Positions 59,004 to 64,000 of a stretch of DNA of 64,000 bases are shown piece after piece. The first letter of the stretch is position 1. The number at the start of each line of letters is the position of its first letter. The notes beneath the pieces were generated by a model. It worked only from the letters and a program-made list of their open reading frames with translations. It was not told where the DNA came from and did no database searches. Origin of the DNA: Verrucomicrobiia bacterium (GTDB lineage Bacteria > Verrucomicrobiota > Verrucomicrobiia > Limisphaerales > UBA1319); assembly GCA_963664225.1 (NCBI GenBank), contig OY760937.1:416001-480000 (forward strand). Reading direction: 5' to 3'. The translations under genes were made by a program, and so were the position numbers.

Positions 59004-61304
59004 CTATTTCTTGGCTTTTTTGAGCTTCTTTTCGGTTTTGTCCAGCCGCTTCTGCTCTTCGATTTTATTATCCTGTTCCGCGGCAATCACTCCCGGCAGT
59101 TTTCTCTTCTCCATTTCCGCGACCAGGGAGGCGTCCTTCGGTGTTTGCAGCACGGTCGGTCTCATGAGCACGATCAGCTCGACACGTTTTTCGGTCTTGC
59201 TGTTGCTGCGAAAAAGATTACCCAGCAATGGAATGTCTTTGAGGACGGGGACTCCGGACTTGGAGTTGCTTTTTGCGGATGTGATATAGCCGCCGAGCAT
59301 GATGGTTTTACCATCTTCGACAGACACCGTGGCCTGCTGCCGGCGACTCGTTGTGGTCGGCACATCGTTGTTATCGATCTTCACGTTGGTGCCCAATTGG
59401 CTGATGTCCTGGGAAATTTCCATCACCACCAGGCCGTCAGGCGTGACGTAGGGCGTGACGGAAAGGGTGATACCCACTTCCAACTGCTGGTATTGGGAAC
59501 GGCTGCCCGTGCTGTAATCCGAATAATAGGAGCCGGTGATGTAAGGCACGGTATCACCCACGAAAAATTCCGCAGGCACCGCGTGCGTCGTCTGAATGCG
59601 GGGCCGCGACATCACGTTGACCGTGGAGTCTGCGGCAATGGCCTGCACGGTGATATCCAGATCGTTGCCCCATTTGCCGAAATACGAGAGGCCGCCGCCG
59701 CCGCCGGTGGCGGAATTGGTGGCCAGATTTCCCAGATTATTCATGAAACCGCCGCCGTTATCCATCACCCCGGCACTGGAGAACCTCCCAGAAGTCTGGG
59801 GCCTTTGCAGCGCGCTCACACCGTATTTCAGCGAATTATCCAATGTGACTTCCATGACGATGGCTTCGATCAGAACCTGCGCGAGGGCCACATCGAGTTT
59901 GCCCACAATGTTGGTGATCGTCATCATGTCCTTCTTGGTCGCATAAACCACCAGGGAGTTGGAGCGGTCATCGGGAATGATCTTCGCATCACCCAGCATC
60001 TCGCTCTCCCCGCCCGCGGCGCGGCTGACGATTTGCTGCAACCGCTGTTGGAAGGCGCTTTGCGCCGCCCCGGCCGCAGGCTGCGCGGTTTGCCCGGGCT
60101 GCATGCCGCCCATATTACGACGGTTCAGACTGCTGTTGGCGGATCCGGCGCGGTTGCCTCGCGCGCCCGCGCCTCCCGTGGTGGTTCTGGGGCGTGTTGA
60201 CGCCACGCCGCCGCCTCCTCCGCCCCCGACCAATCCAGACATCACGTTGTAGATGTCCTCAACCTTGCCGTACTTGATGGGAAACACCTCGAGCTTGTAG
60301 TCCGAATCGCTGGCCACATCGATCTTCTTGATCACTTCCAGCATGCGTTTGACGTTGATGGCGTAGTCGCGAATGACGAGAATTTGGCTGCTATCGATCG
60401 GAACAATGCCGCCGCCACCCTGTACCTTGGCAAAGGGTGTGATGGCGGGCACCACTTCGCTGGGCATCGCATTGGTCAATTGGACAATCTGCGTGATGAA
60501 TTGCGCCGCTTCGGGCAGGTTCTTGCCCGCTTCCGTGCTGAAAGCCGATCCTTCCTGCAGGGCATTGGCGATGGGCACCGCAGTGATGAATTTCTCGCCC
60601 GTGGGAATCATCGCGATGCCGTTCAGGGAAAGCACCGTGTCGAGAGCCTGTCGCGCTTCAGTGCGGGTCAGCGGGGTTTGTAACTCCAAAGTGATTGTCG
60701 TGTTTTGTGGAATCAGTGGGTGTTTGAGGATGGTGCGTCCAACCAGCTCCGCATAGAACTTCAGCACTTGATCGACCGGGGCGAGCGGAAACCGCATGGC
60801 GACCGGCGGGACCATCGTGTCATCAGGGTCGGCTGTGCCGGGGGCGTTTTTGGTCGCAGCCTGGGCTGCGGCATCGGCAGTAGTAGTAGCAGTTGGACTC
60901 GCGGCGGGAGTTCCGAATCCGGGCGGGCCGCTTGCAACAGGAGCCGTCGGGGTTGCCGTGGCCGGAGCGCCGAATGCCGGCGGATTCGCGGGGGCCAGTG
61001 CCGGTGAACCTGGGATGGTGCCTTGCGCGGCAGTCTCCGCGGTATCCAGGGCCACTGCGGCGGGATTATTTGTAAGGGCCGTGATAATGGGCGTCGCATT
61101 GGTGGGCGCCTCCACCTGGGGCGCGGTGGAGATCACCGGCGGGTAGGTCGCAGGCGCGCCATACGAGGTGCGCGGCGGCGCCGAAGGGATCCTGCGCACC
61201 GCGGGTTTGGGCGCTGGGCCGGCTGTGTTTGTCTGTCCGTAAGCCCCTATCCCCGCATCAAGCAGGCTCAAGGCCACTAAGAGAATGGACCAATACGTTT
61301 TCAC
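59004..61304 (-). CDS. gspD: Type II secretion system secretin
   Basis: N-domains (DDRSNSLVV), QVLIEAIVMEV, GITLSVTP, GVPVLKDIPLLGNLF and ELIVLMRPTV. Confidence 0.9.
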   Translation of the reverse strand: MKTYWSILLVALSLLDAGIGAYGQTNTAGPAPKPAVRRIPSAPPRTSYGAPATYPPVISTAPQVEAPTNATPIITALTNNPAAVALDTAETAAQGTIPGSPALAPANPPAFGAPATATPTAPVASGPPGFGTPAASPTATTTADAAAQAATKNAPGTADPDDTMVPPVAMRFPLAPVDQVLKFYAELVGRTILKHPLIPQNTTITLELQTPLTRTEARQALDTVLSLNGIAMIPTGEKFITAVPIANALQEGSAFSTEAGKNLPEAAQFITQIVQLTNAMPSEVVPAITPFAKVQGGGGIVPIDSSQILVIRDYAINVKRMLEVIKKIDVASDSDYKLEVFPIKYGKVEDIYNVMSGLVGGGGGGGVASTRPRTTTGGAGARGNRAGSANSSLNRRNMGGMQPGQTAQPAAGAAQSAFQQRLQQIVSRAAGGESEMLGDAKIIPDDRSNSLVVYATKKDMMTITNIVGKLDVALAQVLIEAIVMEVTLDNSLKYGVSALQRPQTSGRFSSAGVMDNGGGFMNNLGNLATNSATGGGGGLSYFGKWGNDLDITVQAIAADSTVNVMSRPRIQTTHAVPAEFFVGDTVPYITGSYYSDYSTGSRSQYQQLEVGITLSVTPYVTPDGLVVMEISQDISQLGTNVKIDNNDVPTTTSRRQQATVSVEDGKTIMLGGYITSAKSNSKSGVPVLKDIPLLGNLFRSNSKTEKRVELIVLMRPTVLQTPKDASLVAEMEKRKLPGVIAAEQDNKIEEQKRLDKTEKKLKKAKK

Positions 61305-62059
61305 TTTGTCTTTGGAGATTCAGGAGGTTTGGGAGTCACTGTCGGCTTGGGTGTGACCGTTGGCATGGGCGCCTCGCGCGTTGTAGGCCTGGATGGGTTC
61401 AGAGTGCGTCCGCCCGGCGGCGCCAGCGCCGGTGTGGCCGCGCCCGGTTTGGCGGTGGTGTCCGGCTTTTTGACCAGCGCCGTGGCATCGGCTTTGCTGG
61501 GCCGGCTTCTTTGATAACTGGCCACCAGCGTGATGGTCCCTTGCAGGCGCATTTGAGAGGGATCCGGTCGCAGGTTCATGCTGCGCACGCGGATCATCGA
61601 GTTGGTCGAAGCCAGCGAAACAAGAAATTCAACCAGCTCTTTTTCCCCGGTCACAACATTGATCAGACGGGCCTTTTCCTCGAAGAACGCGTTCGTTCGT
61701 GTGCTGGTCGTGGTCTGCACCTCGGAGTTGGCGGTGATGGTGACCCCGCTCTGAACGGCCTGGTTTTGAATGGAGCGAATCAGGTCCAGCGATTGTTCGG
61801 ATGGCGCCACCGCGCTTCCCTGGCCTTCCAGCTCTTTAAGGCGCTTTTGATATTCCGCAATCTTGGCGGGCTGAGTCTCGCGTTCGAACAGGGCGAGCGT
61901 CGTTTTTGCCTTGTCCAGATCCGCGTCCGCCTTGCTCCAGTCGTGCCGGTGCGGCAGGACGAACCAGACGTTGATCACCACAAAGAACACCACCGCCACC
62001 GCCACAACCAGGCGGCGCTCCTGCGGACGCAAATTAAGTCGTTCCAAGGGCCCGGTCAT
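61301..62059 (-). CDS. GspM/PilO-like assembly platform protein
   Basis: LRPQERRLV followed by a transmembrane helix, coiled coil and ferredoxin-like segment; operon context. Confidence 0.7.
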   Translation of the reverse strand: MTGPLERLNLRPQERRLVVAVAVVFFVVINVWFVLPHRHDWSKADADLDKAKTTLALFERETQPAKIAEYQKRLKELEGQGSAVAPSEQSLDLIRSIQNQAVQSGVTITANSEVQTTTSTRTNAFFEEKARLINVVTGEKELVEFLVSLASTNSMIRVRSMNLRPDPSQMRLQGTITLVASYQRSRPSKADATALVKKPDTTAKPGAATPALAPPGGRTLNPSRPTTREAPMPTVTPKPTVTPKPPESPKTK

Positions 62060-63459
62060 TCAATATCCTTGCGGTTGAGTTCGCAGGTAAAATTCCAGGC
62101 TTGGATCCCGCCCACCCCGGCGCGGCTGGTCGTGTTGTAGGGCTGGACCTTGCTGAACAGCAACTGGCCGTTGGTTCCATCCGTCTGGTAATGGCTCATC
62201 GCTTGATTGTACTCGATGATCTGGTTGACCTGATCCGCCGGCGCCATGCCATTGATGGTCAGCGTTTTGCCTTGAAACAACGAAAGATCCGTCAGGGTCA
62301 AATCCTGCGGCAGCAATGTCGCCGCCGCCTTCCAGCAATCCAGGGCCGCGAATTTCAAATTAACCTGGTCCTGCAACACCTGGAGACGCGCCTTAAGCTG
62401 CATGGAATTGGTGTATTGGTCGCTCAGGGCGGTCACCTTGGTCTCCACCCGGTAGGTTTTGAAATGAATCCATTGGACCGCCACGAAACAAACGGCAAGG
62501 AACAGCATGTACAATCCCACAATCGCCCCCAATCCCCGCATCCACAAACGATCGACGAATTGCTGCCGGTAACGCACCGCAAATTCAGGCGGCACCAGGC
62601 TGGCCGACATCTCCGATATGGCCAGACGTTGCGCGTTTGCGGCCGCCAGTTCGGAAGCCGCCAAAGGCGCCTGCAAATCAACCCTCACCCCCAGCGCTTC
62701 CGCCAGCGCCGGTTCCCACACCGACACCGTCTCGGGACCGCCCACCAGCACGATGCGATGAACCCCCTGGCACCATCCCTCCATTTCCCCGGCCCATGCG
62801 ATTTGGGTCAGCTCTTCAAGAAAGACCTTCTTCCATTCCGGTCCCGCGGAAATTCTCAGCAAATTCACATTGCGCAGGAATCCCTTTTGCCACCACGCGG
62901 ACAGGCAATATTCCTTGACGCCTTCAGTCAATGGACACAGCCAGAGACCGTCCCCCTCGAACGGCTGGGCCTGCAACTGCCGCAGCGCCGGCAATTCGAG
63001 CCGGTCCGCCATATAGCCCTGTCCCTCCAGTCCGCCCAGGAATTCCTCCACCGCGTTCCGCGCCGCAATCAGCACGATCACGGTCTGTTCGCCCGGTTCC
63101 GGAGAAGGAACGGCCTCGGCGCTCCAGACAATCTGGGCCACCGGCAGGGGGGAGAGCTTTTCCAATTGCAGCTCGACCATCGCCAGCGCCTCGGAAAATT
63201 CCTTCGCGGGAAGCTGGACGACGCGCAAAAAGACCTGGTCGATGGGCAGCCAGGCCACATTCACCTTGGGCTGCCACAGGCATTGCCAGTTTTTGCCCGC
63301 CACTTCCGGGGGCAGGCGCTGGCCGGCGGGAACATCCTGTGCCGGGCCTGGACGCACCTCCGAACCGCTGAAGCCAAACTGCCATAGCCGCAGTTTCTCC
63401 GCGCCCGTCTGCAGCACGTTGCATGTATGGATGCGGGTTGTCTTTACTTTTTGACCCAT
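62056..63459 (-). CDS. GspL/PilN-like assembly platform protein
   Basis: Cytoplasmic N-domain, single transmembrane helix and coiled periplasmic domain; lies between gspE and the gspM-like gene. Confidence 0.65.
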   Translation of the reverse strand: MGQKVKTTRIHTCNVLQTGAEKLRLWQFGFSGSEVRPGPAQDVPAGQRLPPEVAGKNWQCLWQPKVNVAWLPIDQVFLRVVQLPAKEFSEALAMVELQLEKLSPLPVAQIVWSAEAVPSPEPGEQTVIVLIAARNAVEEFLGGLEGQGYMADRLELPALRQLQAQPFEGDGLWLCPLTEGVKEYCLSAWWQKGFLRNVNLLRISAGPEWKKVFLEELTQIAWAGEMEGWCQGVHRIVLVGGPETVSVWEPALAEALGVRVDLQAPLAASELAAANAQRLAISEMSASLVPPEFAVRYRQQFVDRLWMRGLGAIVGLYMLFLAVCFVAVQWIHFKTYRVETKVTALSDQYTNSMQLKARLQVLQDQVNLKFAALDCWKAAATLLPQDLTLTDLSLFQGKTLTINGMAPADQVNQIIEYNQAMSHYQTDGTNGQLLFSKVQPYNTTSRAGVGGIQAWNFTCELNRKDIE

Positions 63460-64000
63460 ATTCCCGCCTTCGTATCAGCCACCAATCCCATATGCTCTTC
63501 GATTTGGGTTACCCGGAGCACTTCCTCAATCGTTGTTTTTGCTTCCCGCACCTTCACCCATCCGTCCGAGCGCAAAGGCCGCATGCCTTGCTCGACCGCC
63601 TTATTGGCAATGGTCGATGCGGGAGCGCGGCTCAAAATCAACGGCCGGATGGTTTCATTAATGAGCAGCAATTCGTAAATACCCATGCGGCCCTGATAGC
63701 CCAATTGACGGCAGTTTTCGCAGCCCTTGCCGTTGTAAAACTTCGCGGTTTCAATCTCCTCTTCCGGATAACCGATGCGCATCAGGTAATCGCGGTCCAC
63801 CTTTTGCTCGGTCTTGCAGAACGGACAAATCGTGCGCACCAGTCGTTGGGCCATGACCGCTTCCACCGAGGAGGCCACCAAAAACGGTTCGATTCCCATG
63901 TCGATCAACCGGGTGAACGCGCTCGGCGCGTCGTTGGTATGCAACGTGCTGAAGACCAGGTGACCCGTCAGGGCGGCGCGAATGGCGATTTCCGCCGTCT
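63444..64000 (-). CDS. gspE: GspE/PilB secretion ATPase; N-terminus lies beyond the window
   Basis: [26 protein letters not shown]...CENC and [10 protein letters not shown] motifs. Confidence 0.92.
   Translation of the reverse strand, partial: TAEIAIRAALTGHLVFSTLHTNDAPSAFTRLIDMGIEPFLVASSVEAVMAQRLVRTICPFCKTEQKVDRDYLMRIGYPEEEIETAKFYNGKGCENCRQLGYQGRMGIYELLLINETIRPLILSRAPASTIANKAVEQGMRPLRSDGWVKVREAKTTIEEVLRVTQIEEHMGLVADTKAGIWVKK

Overview
GC-rich bacterial chromosomal window. Gene content, C-terminal sorting-type tails and REP-like repeats suggest Verrucomicrobiota (Pedosphaerales/Limisphaerales-like); this is an inference. Housekeeping blocks: cdsA-dxr, SRP RNA-dnaX-ybaB-recR, serA, mdh, tyrA, amtB-glnK, lptF/G and the end of a type II secretion/type IV pilus-like operon. 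Carbohydrate-active genes: GH78, GH106-like, sialate O-acetylesterase, a double esterase, DUF1080 and Gfo/Idh/MocA. Two intact insertion sequences have resolvable inverted repeats and target duplications: an IS1634-family element at 4693-6551 and an IS3-family element at 29974-31253 that sits inside a REP-like palindrome. A mosaic accessory island at about 26.4-33.8 kb is built from three interleaved pairs of direct repeats. The strongest candidate for a little-described system is the four-gene respiratory operon at 37452-41611. There a Rieske protein and cytochrome b, with no cytochrome c1/f, lie between two cytochrome bd-superfamily (CydA/CydA'-like) subunits, one fused to a class I cytochrome c. 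This suggests a quinol:bc-to-bd supercomplex. It lies next to a Cpx-like two-component locus with a visible OmpR-type direct-repeat box. All assignments come from reading motifs by eye; no database searches were run.
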